NCBI GenBank assembly: GCA_964016885.1
Contig: OZ024755.1
Coordinates: forward strand, 36,394,001-36,458,000
Direction: 5' to 3'
Source: Eledone cirrhosa
Taxonomy: Eukaryota
DNA length: 64,000 nucleotides
Position 1 is the stretch's first letter. Every line of letters starts with the position of its first letter. Shown here in pieces: positions 12,384 through 21,960 of the stretch. Both the position numbers and the translations under genes were made by a program. The notes under the pieces are model-generated. The model did no database searches. It was given only the letters and a program-made list of their open reading frames with translations, and was not told where the DNA came from.

Positions 12384-15300
12384 TTACAGATATATACTCA
12401 GAGTCGGCCCATTCACTCGGGCCATTCTTGCTTCTCTCACCCATCTTTCAACAAAATGCTGGGAAGAGAGCACTTCCTTCTCTACTCTGATTTTCCTTTT
12501 CAAATGAAATTTGAAAAAGTCAATCAGAGCATCACCGAAGAGGTAAGTGCTCGTCTTCAGCCCTTTCAAACGTGTCCACCATACTATCTCTTTCGCCATG
12601 GCCACCAGACAGATAAAAACTGCCTGCCCTTCCCGGCTAAAGGAGGAGGGCGGGGCAATCCTCACGATAGACTCAGATGATAGCTGGATCCGTCCTAAAC
12701 GCGACAGCAGGTGTTCGACATAAACCCACAAGTCAGCAATTTTCGGACACTGGACGAGTGCGTGCAGGACGGTTTCGTCGCCCTGCGCGCATCTCGGACA
12801 TGCCCGGCTGACGGCACCTCCATGCCTGTAGAGTTTATCCCGAACTGGCAAGGCTCCTCGGTAGCACTGCCAGGCCAGAGATTTCTGGAAGTTGTCCATA
12901 GGCCCTGGCCCGAAGGTTCTTCCGAAGAGATTGGCTAGTTGATTTTCGTCGACGCCTAGAGTTTCCCCAAGTACGTCGTCGCTCTTCCCCTCCACTAATC
13001 CTCTATAGAACGCCGAGGTGGAGTTTCCACCGATCACATTGCCCGATTGGTCGAGGGCTGTGAGCGCCTGAAGACATTCCAGTCTCCAGGCGCTCCCTCT
13101 CGGTCTTCGCTTGACCCAGGACTGCAGCTCCGTCAAGGAAACGAGCTGGGGAAAAACGCGTCTAGCAAACGGCGACCACACCTGATCACCGTCGAGGAAG
13201 AGGTGGAGATGTCGTAGCCTGAGCGCGTGCCTGCGCATCATCAGCCACGGCATGCCCAGCCCTCCACGTAGCGGGTGTTGACAACAGATGGACCGCCTGA
13301 CCATCGGAGCACGTCCCTTCCACAAAAAGCGAAAGAGCAAACGCTCCAGCGCAGTCAGGCGAGGCTTAGGACAAGGTACGACGGTTAGGCGGTAGCAGAT
13401 GACAGACGCGATATACGCGTTAGCCACCTCCGCTCGACCTTTCAGGGATAGCTTCCTCTCCGCCCATTTCTGGGTGAGAGAAGCCACCCTGCTCGTCACC
13501 TCGTCCCAGTTTTTGTCCGTCTGGAGGTCTGGACCGAACCAGACCCCTAGCAATTTAACCGGTCCGTCCGTCCAGCGCCCGACGACGCTGTTGGACGGCA
13601 TGGACCTGCCTCTCCAGGTGCCGAGCTGCAGGCCCACTGACTTTTCCTGGTTGATCATTGCTCCTGTCACCGCTTCGTATTCTCTTAGTGTAGTGCCGAT
13701 CGCCTCGATGTGTTTGGCGTTCGACACCACTACGGTGACATCGTCCGCATATGCTGACACGGATCTTCCGCATCCTAGTTCGCGCGGGACTCCCCTCAAC
13801 GTCTCCAGTTTGTGCAGTAATGGCTCGAGAGTCAATACGTACAAGAGGGACGAGAGGGGACATCCTTGGCGGACCGAGCGCATGATGTTGAACGGTTCCG
13901 ACAGGTGACCGTTCACTCTCACCACAGAGCAGATGTCGCTGTGCATGGCAGCGATCCAGCCTCTGAAGACGGGCCCAAAGCCAGCCGCCCTCAGGACTGC
14001 CGCTAGGTAACGATGGTCGACCCTATCGAAAGCTTTCGACTGATCTAAATTGATCAAGGACCCACCCGTGCCAGGTTCCCTAGCTACCCTCTCTACGATG
14101 TATCGCATGAGGTGGAGGTTGTCGTGGATGGATCTGTCGGGAATGGCGCATGTCTGCGCCTCTCCCACCAGACCACCAACGACAAGCGCCAACCTCTTTG
14201 CTAGCACCTTGGCCAAAATCTTAAACTCTGTGTTTAGCAGAGTTATGGGCCGGAAATTGTCTATGTTATCCCCCTTGTTCGGATCCTTTCTCAGCAGTGC
14301 CACCGCTCCTCGGCTCACAGAACTGGGAATTCTCCCGTTCTGTTGCCAGTTGCAGTAGACGTCCGCCAAGAGGCCTCCGAACAAGTCTGGCATCTGTACG
14401 TAAAGTTCATAGGGCAGACCATCCAAACCAGGCGATTTACCCCTTGTGCAGCCAGTCATTGCCTCCCTTACTTCAGCGGCTGTTATCGGCTTTTCGCAAC
14501 ACTTCGCCTCAGTGGCCGAGAGCCGCGGCAGTCCGTCGAGGTAGACACTAAAGTCCATCCCTCTACCCGGCCCCCCGCTGCCCCCGAACAGCTGAGCGAA
14601 GTGTCGCTGAAAAGCTTCACACATTTGCCCGGGATCGAGTAGCATGCGCCCGTCGTGGTCCACCAAAGACCGGATCGTGGCTTTGTTGCCACGACGCGCC
14701 TCCGCCACTCGGGCCCATTGAACGGCTTTCGTCCCCTCGTGTCTGAGAGCACGCACCCTAGCTCTGACAACGCAGCCTTCGTGCTTTGCATTGAAGAATT
14801 GGTCAAGGGCCAATTTCGCCGCAAGCACGTCGGTCGCAATGCCTTTGCTAAGCGCCTCGTCTAATTTTCTAACTAGTTCTCCCTCTGCTCTATTTTTCTC
14901 TATTGCTAAAGCCTTACTAAACCTAATCGATTCTATTCTAATCGCTCTTTTCAGAGCAAACCACCACTTGTTGTTGACGATGGCCCCCGTCAACGCCCGC
15001 TTAACTAGTTCGCTAATCCGGTCTCTGTAGGCCTTGCGCGCTGGTAAGGACGCGTTTAGCTTCCAGTAGCCGGGTCCTCGTCTATGAAGCCTATCTAAGT
15101 CAAGCACACAGATCACGAATTTGTGGTCCGTGTAGCTGACTATCTTGAATTGTGGACAGCCTATGCTAGACCTATCTATTTCCCTACAAAATACTCTATC
15201 TAGATATGATCTGGATGACCCTATGCGGTTTGTCCAAGTCCACATTGGCACATTCGGGAAATCCAATCGGTACCTGTCAGACAGTTCAAAACGCCTGAGC

Positions 15301-15803
15301 AGGTTGGTGAGGCTCTTGCACCCTCCACCCCTATCCGCTAATCCCACACAGTCCCAGCGTGCATCTAAGATCCCGTTCCAGTCGCCCACTAACACTAAAG
15401 AGCGCGACGTTCCAAGAAAGGTCTCCAGACGCCGGAAGAAATCAGGCCGCCCTGCTCCTGTCGGGGCATAGACGGCCACTAGCCTGAAAGCTTGCCCGTC
15501 TCCGCTGGTCACGTCCAGCACCACCAGCTTACCCTCTGGGTCCAGGAAGATGGCCCGTATGGCGAGATCCAAACCTCTCCGAAAAAGCACAGCAACTCCT
15601 CCACCCGATCCAGGACGGCTGGGAGATGCGTACACATCGTAGCCGCCGAAGATCGGTGCGAAGGCCCGTGCTTCGGAGATTCTGGTCTCGCTGATGGCCA
15701 CTACATCTATGTTTAGTGACCTGAGGTCGTTGAGCAGGTGACCCTGCTTCCATGACGACCCCAAGCCACGCGCATTTATGCTGCCTATTCTGAGTGAGGT
15801 CAT
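12384..15803 (-). CDS. LINE ORF2, 1139 aa: APE endonuclease + reverse transcriptase + C-terminal CCHC zinc finger
   Basis: SINARG, ISET, VYAP, GDWN, YLDR, YTDH (APE); KSPGLDG, FRPITLLN, LDQSKAFDRV, VRQGCPLS, YADD (RT); CPRC..HALVQC; no stops or frameshifts. Confidence 0.96.
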   Translation of the reverse strand: MTSLRIGSINARGLGSSWKQGHLLNDLRSLNIDVVAISETRISEARAFAPIFGGYDVYASPSRPGSGGGVAVLFRRGLDLAIRAIFLDPEGKLVVLDVTSGDGQAFRLVAVYAPTGAGRPDFFRRLETFLGTSRSLVLVGDWNGILDARWDCVGLADRGGGCKSLTNLLRRFELSDRYRLDFPNVPMWTWTNRIGSSRSYLDRVFCREIDRSSIGCPQFKIVSYTDHKFVICVLDLDRLHRRGPGYWKLNASLPARKAYRDRISELVKRALTGAIVNNKWWFALKRAIRIESIRFSKALAIEKNRAEGELVRKLDEALSKGIATDVLAAKLALDQFFNAKHEGCVVRARVRALRHEGTKAVQWARVAEARRGNKATIRSLVDHDGRMLLDPGQMCEAFQRHFAQLFGGSGGPGRGMDFSVYLDGLPRLSATEAKCCEKPITAAEVREAMTGCTRGKSPGLDGLPYELYVQMPDLFGGLLADVYCNWQQNGRIPSSVSRGAVALLRKDPNKGDNIDNFRPITLLNTEFKILAKVLAKRLALVVGGLVGEAQTCAIPDRSIHDNLHLMRYIVERVAREPGTGGSLINLDQSKAFDRVDHRYLAAVLRAAGFGPVFRGWIAAMHSDICSVVRVNGHLSEPFNIMRSVRQGCPLSSLLYVLTLEPLLHKLETLRGVPRELGCGRSVSAYADDVTVVVSNAKHIEAIGTTLREYEAVTGAMINQEKSVGLQLGTWRGRSMPSNSVVGRWTDGPVKLLGVWFGPDLQTDKNWDEVTSRVASLTQKWAERKLSLKGRAEVANAYIASVICYRLTVVPCPKPRLTALERLLFRFLWKGRAPMVRRSICCQHPLRGGLGMPWLMMRRHALRLRHLHLFLDGDQVWSPFARRVFPQLVSLTELQSWVKRRPRGSAWRLECLQALTALDQSGNVIGGNSTSAFYRGLVEGKSDDVLGETLGVDENQLANLFGRTFGPGPMDNFQKSLAWQCYRGALPVRDKLYRHGGAVSRACPRCAQGDETVLHALVQCPKIADLWVYVEHLLSRLGRIQLSSESIVRIAPPSSFSREGQAVFICLVAMAKEIVWWTRLKGLKTSTYLFGDALIDFFKFHLKRKIRVEKEVLSSQHFVERWVREARMARVNGPTLSIYL

Positions 15804-15838
15804 GTTTAAAATAGAGTGGAAAAGATGGGAAAGACCAC

Positions 15839-17851
15839 TTACCGTATTTTTGGTAGAGGAGGGATGGTTTTTACATCCCTTTTCACTTGATCGTCTGGTG
15901 AAGGGACCGTTGAATCGTCCCTTCGGCTGGTCGTCGGCTCTTCTAAGAGAATGTCTGAATATACTCTTCGATTAATGGTTCCTCCTAGGTCCCTGAAATC
16001 ACCAACTGCGTTGGGGAATTTCGTTTTAATGTTTGTGTATTGTTTCTGTGCTATTTTTAGCAGTCTTATGTTAGTTGGCGTTTTGATTGGTGCTGGTATT
16101 ATGTAGTCCTGTTGTGAAATGTCTGTGTGTTCAATTATGTAAGTCATTAGTTTCTTGTTGTGTGTGTTTATTGCCGTGCATTTGTTTTTCTGGGGGTGGG
16201 GTGTGGTTCTGCTATTTTCTTGTCGTTGTTGCTGGGTGTGTGTGTTTTGTTGTTGTGTTTGCGATGTTGGTGCTTGTGGTGGTGGTGTTGAAGGTGTTGT
16301 TGGCGGTGGGGTTGTCGCCGGTGGTGATGGTGGTGCTGGTGTGGGTGGTGATGGTGTTGGTGGTGTTGCTGCTGTGGGTCTCTTTGCAGTAGACTTTACC
16401 CTTTTCTCATTTCTTTCCTCCCTTTTCAAAGGCGACGATGCGCTGCTTCTGCGTTTGTGCCTTCTTGAGACCTTTTGCCATCCCTCTCCCACCTCACACT
16501 CCATGTCTGATTCTGTAAGGTCGGGGAGGGGTACCAGCTCCACTCTTTCACTTGTTGTTGTTGGTGATGTTTGCACTGGAGTCTCTGTTGCAGCTGCATT
16601 TGGTATTGCTGTTGTTGTTGTTAATATTTCCACTGCTGCTGCTGTCTTTGATTTCCGTGGAGTGGGTATGGGTGCCACGGACCTATCGTTCCTGGTTGCC
16701 GCTTGTCCTGTTGCTGGTAGCCGTGGAACCGGATTCGGGAGGAGGGGGGTTTTCTCCTTTCTCAGGGTCTTCTCGTTGCAGAAGGCCCTGAGGTGAGTCT
16801 TCGATCCACAGCGAAAGCATTTCGGGCGTTTGCCCTCAACACTTATGGGCAGTTGAGTGCCGTTATCGAAGTCTATCACATCCGGGATAGCTTCGATGCA
16901 CTCCTGGTTGGTTTGGATTAGCATCTCAATGGAGGAGCCGACCCAATCTTCTCTTACTTTTTTCTGTACTTGCAGTACAGTTGTTTTGTCCTCGATTCCG
17001 ACGAGGACAGACGCGGCCAGCCAAGAAGGGGTCATTCCGGGGGGGACGTGGGTCAGTTTGACCCTCACAATTTTTTGCCCGCAGTAGGAGGGCACCAACA
17101 CCATTTCCTCGCTCCTTAGGGTCACTACTGATTGGGCCTTTGCCTCCTGGGGTGTGGCAAAAAGTACGTCTACGGTGGCGTATTTTTTGCCTCGGGTGAT
17201 GTGCGTTTTCCTCTGCCACACAGACCCCAAGGCTTTTTGTATTTGGGCCTCTGTGGCTCTTTCCACCCTACGGGATTTTGTACTTACTGTACGGTACGTG
17301 ACCGTACAGTGCTCTTGGGTTTCGAAAAAATTTTTCGCTGCCTTGCAGATTGCTCGGTGTCCGTTCTTTGTCACCATCTTCTTCGCTTCCTCTAATTCCT
17401 CATTTGTTATGAGGATTGTTTCCAGGTTTTTCGCAATACCTGCAAATGAGATTGGTTTTTCTCTGCTGTTGTTGTTGTCGTCAGAGCTGCTGGTACTTTT
17501 GTTGTTGCTGCAGGTACTACGACTACTGCCTCCGCCGCTGTTGCTGTGGTTGTTGTTGGTGTTGCTGCTGCTAATGCTGTTGTTGTTTATGCTGCTGGTG
17601 ATGCTGTTGCGGCTGCTACTGTTGTTTTCATTGTCACTGTTGCTGTTGTTATTACGGCTGCTACTGCTATTATTCCTGACGTCAGACGAATGAACTGGGT
17701 TTTCGTATTTCCCGCACACCTGTTTCGTCGCTGTCGTCGTCGTCGTGGAGAAACCTTGCACGCTTTGCACGAGACTTTTCTTTTCTTTCGTCGCTTGCGA
17801 AAGAGAAGGTAGGGAGAGAGACACATTTAAAGAAGGGAGGGAGAGAGACAA
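15839..17851 (-). CDS. LINE ORF1, gag-like protein with CCHC zinc knuckle and low-complexity N/S and P/T segments; real start probably ATG at 17937
   Basis: CFRCGSKTHLRAFC (CX2CX4HX4C); ends 35 nt upstream of ORF2 on the same strand. Confidence 0.88.
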   Translation of the reverse strand: MSLSLPSLNVSLSLPSLSQATKEKKSLVQSVQGFSTTTTTATKQVCGKYENPVHSSDVRNNSSSSRNNNSNSDNENNSSSRNSITSSINNNSISSSNTNNNHSNSGGGSSRSTCSNNKSTSSSDDNNNSREKPISFAGIAKNLETILITNEELEEAKKMVTKNGHRAICKAAKNFFETQEHCTVTYRTVSTKSRRVERATEAQIQKALGSVWQRKTHITRGKKYATVDVLFATPQEAKAQSVVTLRSEEMVLVPSYCGQKIVRVKLTHVPPGMTPSWLAASVLVGIEDKTTVLQVQKKVREDWVGSSIEMLIQTNQECIEAIPDVIDFDNGTQLPISVEGKRPKCFRCGSKTHLRAFCNEKTLRKEKTPLLPNPVPRLPATGQAATRNDRSVAPIPTPRKSKTAAAVEILTTTTAIPNAAATETPVQTSPTTTSERVELVPLPDLTESDMECEVGEGWQKVSRRHKRRSSASSPLKREERNEKRVKSTAKRPTAATPPTPSPPTPAPPSPPATTPPPTTPSTPPPQAPTSQTQQQNTHTQQQRQENSRTTPHPQKNKCTAINTHNKKLMTYIIEHTDISQQDYIIPAPIKTPTNIRLLKIAQKQYTNIKTKFPNAVGDFRDLGGTINRRVYSDILLEEPTTSRRDDSTVPSPDDQVKRDVKTIPPLPKIR

Positions 17852-18150
17852 TCTTCTCTCTCCTGTAGTGATGATTGAGGAAGAAGAAGACGGAATGAGT
17901 GGGAGTGACGTATGAAATTTTTTTTTTTGGTAGCCATGTTTTTTTGTTTAAAATGAAATTTTGGGTACAAAACCCCAATAACTGGCTATTTAACCCCGAA
18001 GGGCCAAATAACGGACAGAAAGACCCCTCTCACGAGGAGGAGGGTGTCTTTATCAACAATTTGGTTCAAGTTTTAAACAATTTACAATTGTTTTAACGGT
18101 TAAAAATTACTATACCTTACAGAGCCGAGCCTCCGTCAACCATGGCATTC

Positions 18151-18181
<31 letters not shown>

Positions 18182-18297
18182 GCAATAATAATAATAACGA
18201 CAACAACAATAATATACATATCCACACATACATACACACACACGCACGCACATAAGCATATCTACACACACACACACACACAAACACACGATAGCAA

Positions 18298-18780
18298 CTA
18301 ACAGTGCTGCGATCGAATGTGGCTTTTTAGCCCAGCCAATGATCCAAAATGTCTTGCACAGAGTCGGCAACCAAAACATTTACTGGGAATAGTCGGCTGT
18401 GGTTGGAGTTCGTGTACTTTTGCATGTCGCTTGAGTCCTCCTGCTGATTTACATTCTCTACCACATGTTTGGCAAGCATGATGAGTAGCATCTCCAACAG
18501 CAGCCTGGTAGTCAACCACTGGTCTTACTTTATGACTGCGAAGATGACTTTCGAGTCCAGCTTTGCTTAGGCAGAGTCTCGCACAGACGCTGCATGTCAG
18601 AAACATAGGAGGACCCTCGCCGTCTGGAAGTGCAACAGCAATACCCTTCCTCACGTCCCGCTTTACTTTCTCGTGTGCGATTCGAGATGCCTCAAAGGCA
18701 ACTTTTCCCTCATATACAGTCTTTCTCCATTTATTACGATCAGCAGCAATATTTTCCCATGTATCAGCAGAGATGTTAGC
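18298..18780 (-). mobile_element. RTE-type LINE 3' fragment encoding three tandem C2H2 zinc fingers
   Basis: ISADTWENIAADRNKWRK (RTE C-terminus), then CSVC..SHLRSH, CQTC..RHAKVH, CRLC..SHIRSQH. Confidence 0.85.
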
Positions 18781-19000
18781 ATACATACATACATACATAC
18801 ATACAGTCATAGAGATATACACAGTCTACATACATACATATATACATACATACATACAGTCATAGAGATATACACAGTCTACATACATACATATATACAT
18901 ACAGTCATAGAGATATACACAGTCTACATACATACATACAGTCATAGAGATATACACAGTCTACATACATACAGTCATAGAGATATAGTCTACATACATA
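18781..19000. repeat. Continuation of the 10420-11970 minisatellite
   Basis: Same unit. Confidence 0.92.
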
Positions 19001-19221
19001 CACACACACACAGTCATCATAGAGGCATACGCTGTCTACATACACACACACATCATAGACATACATACAGTCTACACACACAGACATACAGACACACACA
19101 CTCATCATAGACATACACACACACTCACATAGTCTACACACTCACGGAGTCTACACACACACACTCAGAGTCTACACACACTCACACACACACTCAGAGT
19201 CTACACACACTCACACACGCA

Positions 19222-19259
<38 letters not shown>

Positions 19260-19455
19260 TGCGCACACACATATATATGCAATTGTATGAAGAGTTCAGT
19301 TTTATCTTCGTGAATTCAGATCAGATAAATCCGTTAAGATTAAAGATCTAGAGTCTAAAATCAATGGTTCCTTCACTGTTCCCAGCACAGCTTCCAGCCA
19401 CAAAAACTAGGGCATCCCCAAGCAAATTCTAACAGTTTTCACCAACTAAACAATG

Positions 19456-19870
19456 TCATCATCATCATCATCACCGTTTTACGTCCCTTCTTCCACGCTA
19501 GCATGGGTTAGACGGGTTGTCCTGTTGTGGGCAGTGTCCGGTCGGCTGACTTTGTCTTGCTCATACAGGAACTGATTTTGGCTTGATTTCTACAGCTGGA
19601 TGCCCTTCCTAACACCAACCTCATTTACAGTGAGTGCTGGGTGCTTTTTTTTACCGTGACACCTCCACGACTACTTTACAGTGTGGGCTGGGTACTTTTT
19701 TTGTCGTGACACCTCCACGACCACTTTGCAGTGGGAGGGGGTGGGGTCATATTGACTATATGCTCCAGCTTCGGCTTGTTCCCGTGGGAATTTGGGTCTT
19801 CTGTATTACTGCGTGACGCCAGAACTTATGGTCCTGTGTCATCGCCTTTGAGAGGTGCAATTGGGCAAGG
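19456..19870 (-). mobile_element. 3' end of the same RTE family as 50081-52846
   Basis: Reverse complement closely matches 52450-52845. Confidence 0.88.
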
Positions 19871-19969
19871 TATGTAAGTATACATGTATGAGAGTTTGTG
19901 TATACAATAAACTCCTGAACATACAGATACATCATCGTTTAACATACATTATCATTATTTGGCAGTATT

Positions 19970-20523
19970 TGGCGGTGGATTGGCAGTATCAGTAGAGGGC
20001 CAGACGCCATGCTTTCCAGCATAGTTACGTCCCTTTACGATCTGAGTTCAAATCCCGCCGAGGTTGACTTTGCCTTTCATCCTTACGGGGTCGATAAAAT
20101 AAAGTACCAGTAATGAACTGGGTAATTGTTGGCCTTGTGCCTAAAGTAGAAACAATTATTTGGCAGTATCGGTAGAAGGTTGAATGCCGTGCTTTGCAGC
20201 ATGGAGTTATTGCCCTTTACGGTCTGAGTTCAAATCCCACTGAGGTTGACTTTGCCTTTCATCCTTACGGGGTCGATAAAATAAAATACCAGTAGTGCAC
20301 TAGGTAATTGCTGGCCTTGTGCCAAAAGTAGAAACAATTATTTGGCAGTATCAGTACAAGGCCGGGCGCCATGCTTTGCAGCATGGAGTTATGGCCCTTT
20401 ACGGTCTGAGTTCAAATCCTGCCGAGGTTAACTTTGCCTTTCATCCTTACAGGGTTGATAAAATAAAGTACCAGTAATGCACTGGGTTAATTGCTGGCCT
20501 TATGCCAAAAGTAGAAACAGTTA
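19970..20523 (+). mobile_element. Head-to-tail trimer of tRNA-derived SINEs
   Basis: Three ~180-190-bp units starting near 19970, 20161 and 20343. Confidence 0.9.
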
Positions 20524-20725
20524 TCTAACATCTATCTTCCCTACCCTACTAGCAAGGAATGGACATATATATACATGGTCACAGATGCTATTCAACACAC
20601 ACACACACATATATGTAGACACACACATATATGTGTGCACATATGTGTGTAGACACACGCATATATATATATGTGCACATATATATATATGGACATTCAT
20701 ACACACACACACACACATATACTTG

Positions 20726-20803
<78 letters not shown>

Positions 20804-21353
20804 ACTCTCCTGTCAATTTGGCATATGAGGGTTCAACAGTCATATGTATATATGTTAAAATTTGGTAGTTTACCCGGTTGGATACGGCTGGTTTGAATGC
20901 TGGAGGATTAAGGGACTCATTAGCTCTGAACACACTGCTTCATCTGGCCCTGCAGTGCCTTTAACAGAGTTTATTCTGTTGCAAGCATTTGAAACGACCC
21001 TTCAATTTGGGGACAACAGTATCTCAACATGCTGCTTACAACTGCATCTTTATTTTCTTAGTGAAATTATTTATCAGAGAGTTGGGATATAAAATGTTTC
21101 CCAGTGGAAGCCCATGGCCAGATTTGGTTATACTCGAAACACGTGTAAAGCACCCTGATCATTTGCTCAGTCAGCTAGAAAGTAATTCCATATCCTTTCT
21201 CTTCTCAGTTCACAACTGATACCCTGAGACGTGATTTCCCTATCTTCTCCCTTCACAAGAAAAGAAAAATCAAAATTATAAATAAAATACCCCCTGAAAC
21301 TTTTATCCAACATAGATCCCACCTACCTCTTCTTACTAAAACACTAAAACCAC

Positions 21354-21960
21354 TGTAGTGACCTACATTCCGCGGGCTCACATACATTCTCGGTGCGTGA
21401 TTTGGCTCAGCTCAGCCAATCAGCGCCAGTAGAAGAGGATGTATCCCTACGCGTCCTGAGGGAGAAATTCCCCGCGAAGATTTGAAGAATCTTCCTCTCG
21501 CACCAGGAACTTCGAACCAGCAACACGTACAACATGTGACGGTGAGATATTGCACCTTGGCTTGCCGGCTTTCCGGCGCAATGGCACATTCCCTTTTGTA
21601 ACCTCATTTTATGTGTAACTTCAACCATACAAGTTAACCAACATTATTTGTGCTACAACAAATATGGCGGTGGATTGGCAGTATCGGTAGAGGGTCGGAC
21701 GCCATGCTTTCAAGCATAGTTACGTCCCTTTACGATCTGAGTTCAAATCCCACCGAGGTTGACTTTGCCTTTCATCCTTACGGGGTCGATAAAATAAAGT
21801 ACCAGTAATGCACTGGGTAATTGCTGGCCTTGTGCCTAAAGTAGAAACAATTATTTGTGCTACAACAAAAATAAACATACATTTCATCTCTAATTTCTGC
21901 TGTTGACGTCATTATTGTGTTACTCGTGTCTCAATAATATTTATAATTCATGCTGCTAAA
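21354..21960 (+). other. CpG-rich LTR-like or promoter-like segment interrupted by a SINE
   Basis: Starts TGTAGTG, has AGCCAATCAG (CCAAT box) near 21414 and AATAAA near 21870; 3' end and TSD not resolved. Confidence 0.35.
21666..21853 (+). mobile_element. Full-length tRNA-derived SINE (~190 bp) with target-site duplication
   Basis: TGGCAGTATCGG and GAGTTCAAATCC Pol III boxes; ttatttgtgctacaacaaa on both sides. Confidence 0.92.

Larger units (their letters stand above)
12037..18150 (-). mobile_element. Apparently full-length L1/Tx1-type non-LTR retrotransposon (~6.1 kb)
   Basis: 5' UTR, ORF1, ORF2, ~260-nt 3' UTR with AATAAA, then (ATT)n; (AAT)n on both sides (12037-12121 and 18151-18196). 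Confidence 0.93.

Noticed and set aside
13399-17812. Plus-strand ORFs over the Tx1 element
   Set aside because: Antisense shadows of GC-rich coding sequence with no recognisable domains.
18298-18822. Host C2H2 zinc-finger gene
   Set aside because: The fingers follow an RTE C-terminal motif (WENIAADRNKWR), lack TGEKP linkers, and the ORF start is satellite sequence.
21666-21760. tRNA gene
   Set aside because: A/B boxes are present but belong to multi-copy SINE heads; no full cloverleaf evident.
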